DNA of 61,583 nucleotides, the filler included, from Theionarchaea archaeon (GTDB lineage Archaea; Methanobacteriota_B; Thermococci; Methanofastidiosales; SZ-28-30): NCBI GenBank assembly GCA_018992565.1. It is 2 parts of 2 records of this genome, joined end to end, with 100 filler letters (N's around TTAATTAATTAA, not from the genome) between each part and the next. Parts side by side here need not be neighbours in the genome. Positions count along the whole stretch, not along the records: positions 1 to 30,869 come from JACVGW010000023.1; positions 30,970 to 61,583 come from JACVGW010000024.1. One strand, written 5' to 3'. Shown here piece by piece: positions 29,970 to 38,673 of this stretch. Each line of letters opens with the position of its first letter. The stretch's first letter is position 1. Both the position numbers and the translations under genes were made by a program. Below the pieces are notes generated by a model. It did not search any database. It was given only the letters and a program-made list of their open reading frames with translations, and was not told the DNA's origin.

Positions 29970-30286
29970 CACATCACGTATGTACAGGCTGCAAATACCT
30001 TATAAATATATGTTGTCCTTTTATAACAAAATTACAGTAGCAGATTTCCTTTTGTAGCAATTCAATTCCCTCCAATGACCATTGTTGTAGTTATCTCAAC
30101 TGAATCCCTGAGCCTGCCATGAGAACTGTGGGAGCTGGGCTGATAGTCCAATACTGAGTGGATAATTGTTGGAATGCTTCTCTTGTGGACCGGGCAAGCT
30201 GCTGAGGATGATATGTGAAAATGACACACAGGAGCATCATCGTAACCTATAAAAGCACCCCAAAGAAAGTCGTCATGGTGGTTTCC

Positions 30287-30724
30287 ATGGAGATGGGTAG
30301 CACATGTCGGATCTGTGGACAGCAGTGCTGCAGAAAGACGAAAGAATTCGGGAAGATAGCTCTTTCGGAAAAGGACTATGTCAGAATACAACTTCATATA
30401 CAAGGATCTTTTGCCAAGAAGGTTTATTCTAAAAATGGATGGATATATCTCATGGAAATATTTGAGGGGAAGTGTGTATTTCTCCAGGAAGATGGGAATT
30501 GTGCAATCAACTCTTTCAAACCATTGGACTGCAAGATATACCCTTTGTTATTTCAGTATTCCGGGGGGGAGATCACCTTTTTTGTGTCGTCACGGTGCCC
30601 CTTTCATCACGAGGTAACCAGCGAGTTTGCTGAAGGAGCCGAACGAGAAGCACGGGATGAGCTCGAGGAGTGGAGTGAACAGAACCTGAAGGGGTATTCT
30701 GAGATCGTCTCGCCAAATGGGTAG
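30287..30724 (+). CDS. YkgJ-family cysteine-cluster (Zn/Fe-chelating) protein
   Basis: CRICGQQCC...KCVFL...CAI..FKPLDCKIYP...CP; start uncertain (30215-30293). Confidence 0.8.
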   Translation: MEMGSTCRICGQQCCRKTKEFGKIALSEKDYVRIQLHIQGSFAKKVYSKNGWIYLMEIFEGKCVFLQEDGNCAINSFKPLDCKIYPLLFQYSGGEITFFVSSRCPFHHEVTSEFAEGAEREARDELEEWSEQNLKGYSEIVSPNG

Positions 30725-30750
30725 GTAATTCCCTGCCAGAAGCTCCCCGT

Positions 30751-30869
30751 TCAGGAGCAGATCTCGTTTGTGACCGCCCGTTTCTTCCCCCGGGGCGTTT
30801 TCTCAATGCTGTCCACATAGTCCAGGGTGATATGGATGCCGGGGAGTGCTTCCAGTATCTCCTGGAGGA
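30751..30869 (-). CDS. 3' fragment of a third PaaK/CapK-like ligase, truncated by the gap
   Basis: Translates as LQEILEALPGIHITLDYVDSIEKTPRGKKRAVTNEICS*, similar to the C-termini of the two neighbouring ligases (VERIRQKGRGKFKAVISK). Confidence 0.7.
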
Positions 30870-30969
30870 NNNNNNNNNNNNNNNNNNNNNNNNNNNNNNN
30901 NNNNNNNNNNNNNTTAATTAATTAANNNNNNNNNNNNNNNNNNNNNNNNNNNNNNNNNNNNNNNNNNNN
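30870..30969. other. Artificial contig join: 44 N + TTAATTAATTAA + 44 N
   Basis: Palindromic linker at 30914-30925 gives stop codons in all six frames; total length exactly 100 nt. Confidence 0.95.
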
Positions 30970-30971
30970 AC

Positions 30972-31139
30972 GAGCCTCCACGGAGCTTTGATATTGGATA
31001 TTTCAAGGATAGAGAAACCTTTCTCAATCGTTTAAAAGAAAAAGCAGTTGAAAAAGGATATGAATATGAGGAAGGATTCTCACAATTTAAGCAATTGCCT
31101 CAGAATGAAAGCATGAAAGATAGTGAGAAATCCAGTTAA
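30972..31139 (+). CDS. 3' fragment of a hypothetical protein truncated by the gap
   Basis: Open frame from the gap: EPPRSFDIGYFKDRETFLNRLKEKAVEKGYEYEEGFSQ...SS*. Confidence 0.5.
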   Translation, partial: EPPRSFDIGYFKDRETFLNRLKEKAVEKGYEYEEGFSQFKQLPQNESMKDSEKSS

Positions 31140-31357
31140 GTTGCAGGAAACAGGATTTACTCATTCAATTTTGTATAGCGAACCATTGGGCAAGAAGACA
31201 TTACTAAGACCAGAGAAAGTCTATGGACAATGTACAAAGTGTTGGGAAGTCCTGACCTGTAATGGCAGTTCTCCTCATTGGGAACTTCTCCTCAAACCCA
31301 ATCGCTGGTGCGGGCCAGGTCCCAAACTCTTAAAATGCCAGTAGACTATGTGAAATA

Positions 31358-32101
31358 ATGACAACAGAACCTGAAGCTGATATTTTAGACTTTCTCCATA
31401 ATGAAGGTATCACCCTTGTAGGAATAGCTGCAGCAGATCATCTTCCATCAGTACCTGATGAATTCTCACCCCATGCTGTACTCAAGGGGGCCCAATCTGT
31501 GATTTGTTACGCAGTACCCATTCCAAAAGGAATCCTCTATGCGGGTCATCATGGTGAAGCTTTGTACTGGCGCTTCTGCAACATGGCATACAGGTCCCTT
31601 GATATCATATCTGGTAGACTTGCTTCATATTTGGAGGAAGAAAACTGTGTTACTGCCCCCGTATATGGATGCTACCCCTGGAAAGTCAGAAATCGTGAGT
31701 TCTGGGGAACCCTCCCTTTAGTGTACTGGGCTGAGAAAGCAGGTATTGGAACACTTACCAAGTGCGGCCTCCTTGCAGCTCCAGAATTTGGCACCAGAAT
31801 TCTGATGGGAGGCGTTATCACAACCAAGAGATTAAACCCAACTGAGAGAATAAGGAAAGAGCTCTGTCCCCCAGGTTGCGTTGAATGCCTGAGAGCGTGC
31901 CCTGTTACTGCAATAAGCGAAACAGGAAAGGTCGACCATAACCTATGTATTCGACATTCACACGAGAACCCGCTGCTCCAGCATCTTCTTCATGACAAAG
32001 CAGAATTCTCATTTGAAACACTGGTGAACACGGTGGGTGTAGATGATCATGGCACATACCTATGTTTCGAGTGCATGAAGGCATGTCCTCTAAACAAATG
32101 A
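31358..32101 (+). CDS. Epoxyqueuosine reductase (QueG)/reductive dehalogenase-like 2x[4Fe-4S] protein
   Basis: AEKAGIG, PEFGTRILMGGVIT, CPPGCVECLRACP, C..CFECMKACP. Confidence 0.8.
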   Translation: MTTEPEADILDFLHNEGITLVGIAAADHLPSVPDEFSPHAVLKGAQSVICYAVPIPKGILYAGHHGEALYWRFCNMAYRSLDIISGRLASYLEEENCVTAPVYGCYPWKVRNREFWGTLPLVYWAEKAGIGTLTKCGLLAAPEFGTRILMGGVITTKRLNPTERIRKELCPPGCVECLRACPVTAISETGKVDHNLCIRHSHENPLLQHLLHDKAEFSFETLVNTVGVDDHGTYLCFECMKACPLNK

Positions 32102-32173
32102 CGCACCTTTTCTTATCGCCAGATTCAGCTATCTTCTTCCATCTGGAGCACAGGATTAATGAAAAGAGAATCT

Positions 32174-33613
32174 TTATTCCTCAATGCCACACAGCTTTTC
32201 TGCAGCTTCCTCTTTCTCTTTCATGGGCACCAACCGCGAAATCATGATCCTCTGGGCCTGGGGAGACCCTGCACCATGCATCGATTCTGTCAGGTATCCC
32301 ACAGCAGCAGACCCCAGAGTAAGGTTTTCAATCAGCCGCAAAATCCGCATCCTGTTCTTGGTTTCAGATACCCCCTTGTAATACTTCTCGAGCCATTTTC
32401 CGATTTCTGGAGACTCAAAATCCTTTTCAGAAGGCATGGTGACCAGTAGCCCTCCTGCAATATCCTGTGCCAGCCGCGCGATCTCATATGGGAATCGTGT
32501 CACGTTTTGCTTGTGGACATTGGCAAGTAGTGAATTTACAGAATATGTACCGCTGGGTTCTCTGCACCCTTCTGCAGCACACGCAATGCAGCCACAATAG
32601 AGAGTATCATTCAGTTGGTTCATTTCAACAATCTTATCCCTAATGTGAGACGCTTTCTCGACTCCATTATACTCTGCAATCTTGTGGGCTGCGCCTATCA
32701 ACACATCCCCCACTCCCACTTTACATGCATAGCTCTGCCGGTGATAGCTCGCAAACTTCTCCACCAGTTCACCAGAAAAATCATATTCCTTGTACATGAA
32801 TACTCTGTCCCAGGGAACAAAGACATCATCAAAGATTATCAGTGCTTCATGTCCACCATACAACAGGTTGCCCTGGTCTCTTCCCCCCTCTATTTTCCGC
32901 ATATCGCAGGATTGACGGCCTATTACATATGTGATATCGTCCGTATCAGAGGGCACGGCAAAAGACACTGCATATTCCTTGTCTTCTTCCTGCAGTGACA
33001 TGGTGGGCATGACAATTATTTCATGGGAGTTCACTGCCCCTGTCTGATGTGCCTTCGCACCTCTCACAATAATACCATCACTTGTTTCCTCCACCACATG
33101 TACATACATATCAGGGTCGGTCTGTCTATGAGGAGGTAGTCCCCTGTCACCTTTAGGATCGGTCATGGCACCGTCGCAGGTTAAATCTTTTTCCTGAACA
33201 TACTTCAAATACTTCAAAAAGCGCTCATTATAATCAGTCCCATGTTTTTTATCAATATCGTAGGTGACAATAGATAATGCATTTAATGCATCCATTCCCA
33301 CACATCTCTGGAAACAACATCCTGTTTCACGGCCCAGCAGCCTCCCCATCTTGCTTTTCTTGACTAAATCTTCAACGTTTTGGTGAATATGGGTAAATCG
33401 ATTTATTCTCTTACCTGTAATATGCGAGGTAGCTACCATGACATCCTCATGTTCCTTGCAGTGGGCAAGTTCGTAGGTTCTGGCGACAGCCTTCATGGAA
33501 GGTCGAATAACAGGATCATCCACTACTGATTCCAACCGCTTTCCAAAGAGATACACCGCAAGGTTCAATTTTCTGAGGCTTTCCTCGTATTGATCTGCAG
33601 TCATCATGGTCAT
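32174..33613 (-). CDS. abfD: 4-hydroxybutyryl-CoA dehydratase (FAD/[4Fe-4S])
   Basis: CFQRCVGMD, GAMTDPKGDR, VRGAKAHQTG, HRQSYACK, ESMHGAGSPQAQR. Confidence 0.88.
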   Translation of the reverse strand: MTMMTADQYEESLRKLNLAVYLFGKRLESVVDDPVIRPSMKAVARTYELAHCKEHEDVMVATSHITGKRINRFTHIHQNVEDLVKKSKMGRLLGRETGCCFQRCVGMDALNALSIVTYDIDKKHGTDYNERFLKYLKYVQEKDLTCDGAMTDPKGDRGLPPHRQTDPDMYVHVVEETSDGIIVRGAKAHQTGAVNSHEIIVMPTMSLQEEDKEYAVSFAVPSDTDDITYVIGRQSCDMRKIEGGRDQGNLLYGGHEALIIFDDVFVPWDRVFMYKEYDFSGELVEKFASYHRQSYACKVGVGDVLIGAAHKIAEYNGVEKASHIRDKIVEMNQLNDTLYCGCIACAAEGCREPSGTYSVNSLLANVHKQNVTRFPYEIARLAQDIAGGLLVTMPSEKDFESPEIGKWLEKYYKGVSETKNRMRILRLIENLTLGSAAVGYLTESMHGAGSPQAQRIMISRLVPMKEKEEAAEKLCGIEE

Positions 33614-33986
33614 ATTTTGCCAGGAACCCTTATACCACTTTCCTCTCATGAAGGGGTGACTACTACTCTTTCCACACTCTACTAAGAAGTGGCTATTACT
33701 GATCTGTGGCTTGAATATGAGCTGATTTCCATGAGGATCATCTCTTCAGCATCCATTCATGATATTCTCGCCACTCTTTGTTGCATTCATTTGATTTTTT
33801 CAAGTCTCTTGTCCCTTTATCATCCCTCACTCCCTTTTTTTTCATCATAGACCACTCAGCTTTTCTTTCTATGTAATAATGTCATTTCAGTCTCTTTGTA
33901 TGACTTCAAGTTCCACACAACATTAGAAAGAATAGAATAATTATGGGCTAGATATTGGCACATCAGATAATTTTCTTGTTAATTAT

Positions 33987-34005
33987 ACCGAAAAACTTAT
34001 AAATA
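33987..34005 (+). promoter_or_regulatory. BRE/TATA promoter of the MoaD-AOR operon
   Basis: ACCGAAAAACTTATAAATA. Confidence 0.7.
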
Positions 34006-34097
34006 TCTTTTGAATTCATGAACAAGGAATCACATACTGAAGTGAATCCACCAAATTCGAGAGTCTCTGCCCTGTCAGAGACTAAAGGAGCGCATGC

Positions 34098-34394
34098 ATG
34101 ACAAACGCTATCATGTCTATTACCCTGGATTTCCCCTTCCCCGCTGTGGGGATTGATGCCCCTAGAAGATCAACCATACAGGTACCCGCAGCCACCATCA
34201 GAGACCTGGTTGAATTGCATATCCTGAAGATTGATGCCAACCTGAGAAAGTACTTTTACAGTGAGACAGGTGAGTGGAGTCCAGTCTTGAGTGTCTTTGT
34301 GAACAAGAGGAACATACTGGATCTCCAAGGCGAGAAAACTTCGCTGAAATCCGGGGACATGGTTATTGTTCTGTTTCCATACGCTGGTGGTTGA
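34098..34394 (+). CDS. MoaD/ThiS/SAMP-family ubiquitin-like protein
   Basis: VFVNKRNI..LQG..T.LKSGD.V..FP..GG with C-terminal di-glycine; AAGGAG RBS. Confidence 0.88.
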   Translation: MTNAIMSITLDFPFPAVGIDAPRRSTIQVPAATIRDLVELHILKIDANLRKYFYSETGEWSPVLSVFVNKRNILDLQGEKTSLKSGDMVIVLFPYAGG

Positions 34395-34428
34395 GATGGG
34401 AACAATGCGTCCACTAAGAGGTGAAAAT

Positions 34429-35184
34429 ATGAATCTTTTCTTGAAAAACAAAAAGAGAGTTCCTGCTTTTCTGGTGACCTCATTGCTCTTGATTTGCTTT
34501 TTTTCACAGCTGTTAGAAGGTCAGGAAAGACCGGAAATCGAATTCCGGAAAAAGGGAGGAATCCTTTTTCGGGAAGTGACCTATGATATTGTGACAACCC
34601 CTCAGGATTCTGTGGAGGTTGAGTTCTCCTTTGCCATTGATAATATTGGCACGGATCCTGTAGAAAGCATATCCTTTGATATTCTCATTCAGACAGGTGA
34701 GCTGGAGAGTGTTGCATTCAGGACAGGAGACCAGACGCTGGACCATGATGAGTCTATCATGGAGGCACATTACCTGTATGATGTATTTTTTGAACAGACG
34801 CTGATGCCCGAGAATTCAACAACGGTACAAGGTAACTATTCTCTCCTGGGCATACTGCAGCAGGACGGAGCAGACATAAAGACCAGAGTCCCACTCTTGG
34901 TTCCCATAGTTGTTGAGGCCAGTGGAAAGACCGAAATTGCCATTGCCATGGAGGGGCCTCTTGGGTTTAAGTGTGCTCAGGCTATTCCCCAGCCTGCATC
35001 AAAAGAGGTCGTGGATGAATGTCCTCACTCTACATGGGAGATGTCCATGATTCCCCCGTCTTTGCTCTTTGTCACATACAAACCTATTGGAACAACCTCA
35101 ATTTCCATCAATACGGTCATTCTCGCTGCAATCATCATCTGGGCAGGCATTGTGGCTGTGTACGGATATCGCAAGCTCAGATAA
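34429..35184 (+). CDS. Secreted/membrane-anchored hypothetical protein (beta-rich ectodomain, C-terminal TM)
   Basis: GAGGTGA RBS; hydrophobic N-terminal segment; C-terminal TM helix plus RKLR. Confidence 0.7.
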   Translation: MNLFLKNKKRVPAFLVTSLLLICFFSQLLEGQERPEIEFRKKGGILFREVTYDIVTTPQDSVEVEFSFAIDNIGTDPVESISFDILIQTGELESVAFRTGDQTLDHDESIMEAHYLYDVFFEQTLMPENSTTVQGNYSLLGILQQDGADIKTRVPLLVPIVVEASGKTEIAIAMEGPLGFKCAQAIPQPASKEVVDECPHSTWEMSMIPPSLLFVTYKPIGTTSISINTVILAAIIIWAGIVAVYGYRKLR

Positions 35185-35203
35185 GGAATAAATTTGAGTT
35201 GGA

Positions 35204-35575
35204 GTGAAAGAGATGTGCGAAAATCAAGATTCCGAGAAAATAAGGTGTGCGCACTTGTTTCTCATACCACAAGCCGCCCCAGAAACTCATCATGCTACTA
35301 TTGAAACCCCGTTGGTCAGAATTGAGGTTTACGGTGTAGACAGTTATGATGCAGGAGAGAAGCTCTCCCGTGACCTTGTTTCTTCAGGGATTGTCATGAT
35401 CGAGCTGTGCGGCTCATGGGGATATGAGGGAGCCTCCCGGATTGTCAAAGCTGTAGGAAATCAGGTTCCAGTCGGCGTTGTCATGCACCAGCAGCACAAC
35501 TGCTTCGGGCTTGCCACTGTGATGCTACAGTCCAAGAATCCGCATAACAGGCTGAATGTGCGCACCCCTACGTGA
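35204..35575 (+). CDS. Hypothetical protein, DUF6506-like
   Basis: GIVMIELCGSWG...IVKAVG.QVPVGVV motif. Confidence 0.65.
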   Translation: MKEMCENQDSEKIRCAHLFLIPQAAPETHHATIETPLVRIEVYGVDSYDAGEKLSRDLVSSGIVMIELCGSWGYEGASRIVKAVGNQVPVGVVMHQQHNCFGLATVMLQSKNPHNRLNVRTPT

Positions 35576-35590
35576 AAGGAGGTATTAACC

Positions 35591-37492
35591 GTGAAAGAAT
35601 CAAGTGAAAGGCCCTTCCAGGGAGGATACATGGGCCATTACCTGGATGTTGACTTGAATACTGAATCGTTCAAGATCAAGCCATTGGATAAAGAAATGGC
35701 TGAAAAATTCGTTGGTGGAAGAGGGTTTACCGCGAAGATAGAGTATGATGAGCTGAAACCCGGAATGGATCCCTTAAGTCCTGAAAATGTGCTGATTTTT
35801 GCTCCTGGACCTCTTACTGGCACAGGAGCTATAGGTGGAAACAGGATGACTGTTGGAGGAAAATCCCCTCTTACAGGTCTTCTGGGAGACTCATCAGTAG
35901 GAGGGAAATTTGCGGTGGACTTGAAAAAAGCAGGATATGACTATGTCATTATTAGAGGCAAGGCCAAGGCTCCTGTGGTCCTAGTGATTGATGATGGCAG
36001 TGTCCAATTCATAGAGGGAACTGAATACTGGGGAACTTCCACGTACGATACCAGTGAAGACCTATATTCCCGATTTGGCAGTGACAGATCGATAGTGGTC
36101 ATAGGCCCTGGAGGGGAGAATCTGGTCAGGTTCGCCTGTGTCATCTCCATAGGCTATAATGAAGCCCCACGCGCAGCAGGTAGAACAGGGATGGGAGCTG
36201 TCATGGGTTCGAAGAACTTGAAAGCTGTTGTTATGCACGGGTCAAACAGGATTCCAGTGGCAGATAAAAAGAGCATGAAAGAAGTCATCAAATTCAATTC
36301 AGGAATTATCAAAGAAGACCTTCAGTATCCCGTGTTCCGTAAGTATGGGACTACCAGATTCATAGGAGTTCTCAACAGAATTGGTTGCCTTGCCACCAGG
36401 AACAGACAAGATCTGGTGTTTGAGCATGCCAAGGATATTGACGGCAGAGCCCTGAGAGAAAAGTACTATGTTCGAGACGAGAAGTGTCCCTACTGTTTCA
36501 TGGACTGCGGAGTGGTAGCTCAGATTCCATCAGGGGAATTCGCCACCCGTGAGGTCAAGATGGAGTTCTTTCCTCTGGCATCCCTGGGCTCCAACTGTGG
36601 AAACAAGAATTTGGAATCGATTGTCAAGGCGAAAGAGCTGTGCGATGCTTACGGCCTGGATATCGGAGAATCAGGTGCTGTCATTGGGTTTGCCATGGAA
36701 TGCTACCAGCGAGGACTTCTTACCAAGGAAGACACGGGCGGCCTTGACCTGCAGTGGGACAACAGTCCTCATGTCATTCCTGAGCTCCTGAAAAAGATTG
36801 CATATCGTGAAGGAGTAGGTGACCTCATGGCATCAGGAGTGCGAGGACTCTCTGAAAAAGTAAAGAACGGATGTGAACGGTTTGCCCTTCAGATCAAGGG
36901 AATGGCAATGGAGGTCATGGACTGTCGTATGAATAGCGTGTACAACTCTCGTCAGAGGGTGGCCAGCAGAGGTGCAGACCACCTGAGAGGGCAGGGAGTA
37001 GGAGCAGACGATCTGGAGAAGAAGCCTCTTCCTGAAGCAATGTCTGGCCTTCTTCTCAACGAGACACACTGTGCATTGTCAAGCATGCTCGGGCTATGCA
37101 ACTTCCCGGATGTCCTGTGGTCTTCTTCTCGTGAAATTACAGACAAGAAAGCCAAAGAAGGTCGAGTGAGAGCCCTGAGTGCAGTCCTTGGTGTCGACAT
37201 GACCTGGGAAGAGCTTTCTAGGAAAGCTATACGAGTGATAAACCTAGAGCGAGCCGTCGTTGTAAGAGAAGGGATAAGGAAAAAAGACGATGAACTTCCC
37301 AAACGATTTCTTGAAGATCCCGTTCCCTCAGGTCCAACCAAAGGACAGGTCTGTATGATCTCCGATGAGTTCATCGATGAATACTATACACAACGCGGAT
37401 GGGATCTTGAGACTGGCATCCCCACTGAGTCCACATTGAAGAACCTGGAACTGGATGAGGCGGCAGCCATGGTTGCCTCCCTTGGGGCGTGA
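35591..37492 (+). CDS. Aldehyde:ferredoxin oxidoreductase (tungsten WOR/AOR) family protein, divergent
   Basis: KSPLTG, IGPGGENLVRFA, AAGRTGMGAVMGSKNLKA, CPYCFMDC, CDAYGLD, RGADHL, YY..RGWD. Confidence 0.92.
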   Translation: MKESSERPFQGGYMGHYLDVDLNTESFKIKPLDKEMAEKFVGGRGFTAKIEYDELKPGMDPLSPENVLIFAPGPLTGTGAIGGNRMTVGGKSPLTGLLGDSSVGGKFAVDLKKAGYDYVIIRGKAKAPVVLVIDDGSVQFIEGTEYWGTSTYDTSEDLYSRFGSDRSIVVIGPGGENLVRFACVISIGYNEAPRAAGRTGMGAVMGSKNLKAVVMHGSNRIPVADKKSMKEVIKFNSGIIKEDLQYPVFRKYGTTRFIGVLNRIGCLATRNRQDLVFEHAKDIDGRALREKYYVRDEKCPYCFMDCGVVAQIPSGEFATREVKMEFFPLASLGSNCGNKNLESIVKAKELCDAYGLDIGESGAVIGFAMECYQRGLLTKEDTGGLDLQWDNSPHVIPELLKKIAYREGVGDLMASGVRGLSEKVKNGCERFALQIKGMAMEVMDCRMNSVYNSRQRVASRGADHLRGQGVGADDLEKKPLPEAMSGLLLNETHCALSSMLGLCNFPDVLWSSSREITDKKAKEGRVRALSAVLGVDMTWEELSRKAIRVINLERAVVVREGIRKKDDELPKRFLEDPVPSGPTKGQVCMISDEFIDEYYTQRGWDLETGIPTESTLKNLELDEAAAMVASLGA

Positions 37493-38342
37493 TACTATTC
37501 CTCGTGTCATTGCTATCAGTGGTGGACGACTCCAAGGAAATACTGATCAATTCTTGCAGAAAGCTCTAGATGTCATAGGAGAATACGATATTGATACAGA
37601 GCTCATACCCCTGGCTGCCCATCACATTGAGATGGATCCCTGCAGCAGGTGCCCTTCCGACTGTACGGTGAGACCTGCAGTCTGTGTTACCCGGGATGAT
37701 TTCAACGGGATTTTCAAGAAGATGCTTGAAGCAGATGGCATAATCTTGGGATCACCTGTGTACTGGGGTTCAGCGCCTGCGAAGCTGAAAGAAGTCCTGA
37801 ATCGTGCAGGAATCCTCAGCGAGGGCCGGGTCTCAGCAGATAAACCCGTGTCCATCCTTGGAAATGCTCATGGATGGCCTGACAACATCAAAGGAAGAGG
37901 CTGGCCTGAGACCACCAAAGCACCCGGGCTCTTTGCGCGAAAGATCGGTGGTGCTGTGTCTGTGGCCCAGAGAGATGGGGTCCTCTTCACCATTTCAGAG
38001 CTCTGTCTGTGGCTTCTCATCAATGATTTTGTCATCTGTTCCTCCAACTACTGGGTGGATGGACTGGAGCAGGTGGGACGCTCAGCTGGAGGCGTGGGAG
38101 GCGGAGGAACCAGGATGCCTTCTAAGAACGGAAAGACTGCTGAGCATGTGAGAGACATCCTCCGGCTTGACAGGGAAGCTGTCTTGACATTGGAGCACTT
38201 TGCCGAGAACTTTGCATGGCTCGTGAATACCACTCACCCTTCGAGAGGTAACCCAGAAGAGATTTTCCGACAGTCCCGGTTATCTGCTCCACCTTGGATG
38301 AGTCCAGAAGATAGAGAACGAGTTCTAGGTGCGAACACTTGA
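37455..38342 (+). CDS. Iron-sulfur flavoprotein / NADPH-dependent FMN reductase (flavodoxin-fold) family
   Basis: VIAISG...GNT, CSRCPSDC..C...DD, ADGIILGSPVYWG; start uncertain. Confidence 0.8.
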   Translation: MRRQPWLPPLGRDTIPRVIAISGGRLQGNTDQFLQKALDVIGEYDIDTELIPLAAHHIEMDPCSRCPSDCTVRPAVCVTRDDFNGIFKKMLEADGIILGSPVYWGSAPAKLKEVLNRAGILSEGRVSADKPVSILGNAHGWPDNIKGRGWPETTKAPGLFARKIGGAVSVAQRDGVLFTISELCLWLLINDFVICSSNYWVDGLEQVGRSAGGVGGGGTRMPSKNGKTAEHVRDILRLDREAVLTLEHFAENFAWLVNTTHPSRGNPEEIFRQSRLSAPPWMSPEDRERVLGANT

Positions 38343-38352
38343 GGTTCTCACC

Positions 38353-38368
38353 TTTTTCATCTTTTTTT
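38353..38368 (+). terminator. Archaeal oligo-T terminator candidate
   Basis: TTTTTCATCTTTTTTT just after the stop at 38342. Confidence 0.5.
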
Positions 38369-38449
38369 CAGTACTGTGAAGCATTCCGACACACCTTCCA
38401 CTAATAGTTCTATCGTATATGACATACTTGTAATAATTGTTATAAGATA

Positions 38450-38467
38450 ATTGACCATTCGGTCAAT
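38450..38467. promoter_or_regulatory. Palindromic operator candidate ATTGACC-N4-GGTCAAT
   Basis: Perfect 7-bp inverted repeat 15 nt upstream of the BRE/TATA at 38483-38499. Confidence 0.55.
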
Positions 38468-38482
38468 AATTCACTATTTTTC

Positions 38483-38499
38483 ACCGAAAAATTTATAAA
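38483..38499 (+). promoter_or_regulatory. BRE/TATA promoter of the symporter unit
   Basis: ACCGAAAAATTTATAAA. Confidence 0.72.
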
Positions 38500-38550
38500 C
38501 ACTCCGGTAAACTAGATCAGAAAAAGGAAGCTTGAGGAGAGTGACAACAT

Positions 38551-38661
38551 ATGACACCACCACAAATGATACTGGTCGAGTATCTCTTGCTATTAATACC
38601 CTGGATAGTTATGGGAATGATGGCCGAGAAGTACATCATCCCAAAATTTGAGGGGTACTAA
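38551..38661 (+). CDS. 36-aa single-TM small protein, probable symporter accessory subunit (not in the ORF track)
   Basis: MTPPQMILVEYLLLLIPWIVMGMMAEKYIIPKFEGY*; GAGGAG RBS; its stop abuts the GGAGGT RBS of the symporter. Confidence 0.7.
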   Translation: MTPPQMILVEYLLLLIPWIVMGMMAEKYIIPKFEGY

Positions 38662-38673
38662 GGAGGTATTGAT

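Noticed and set aside
31123..31344. 73-aa ORF with a CxxC
   Set aside because: Overlaps the upstream fragment and the downstream promoter region; no recognisable family or RBS
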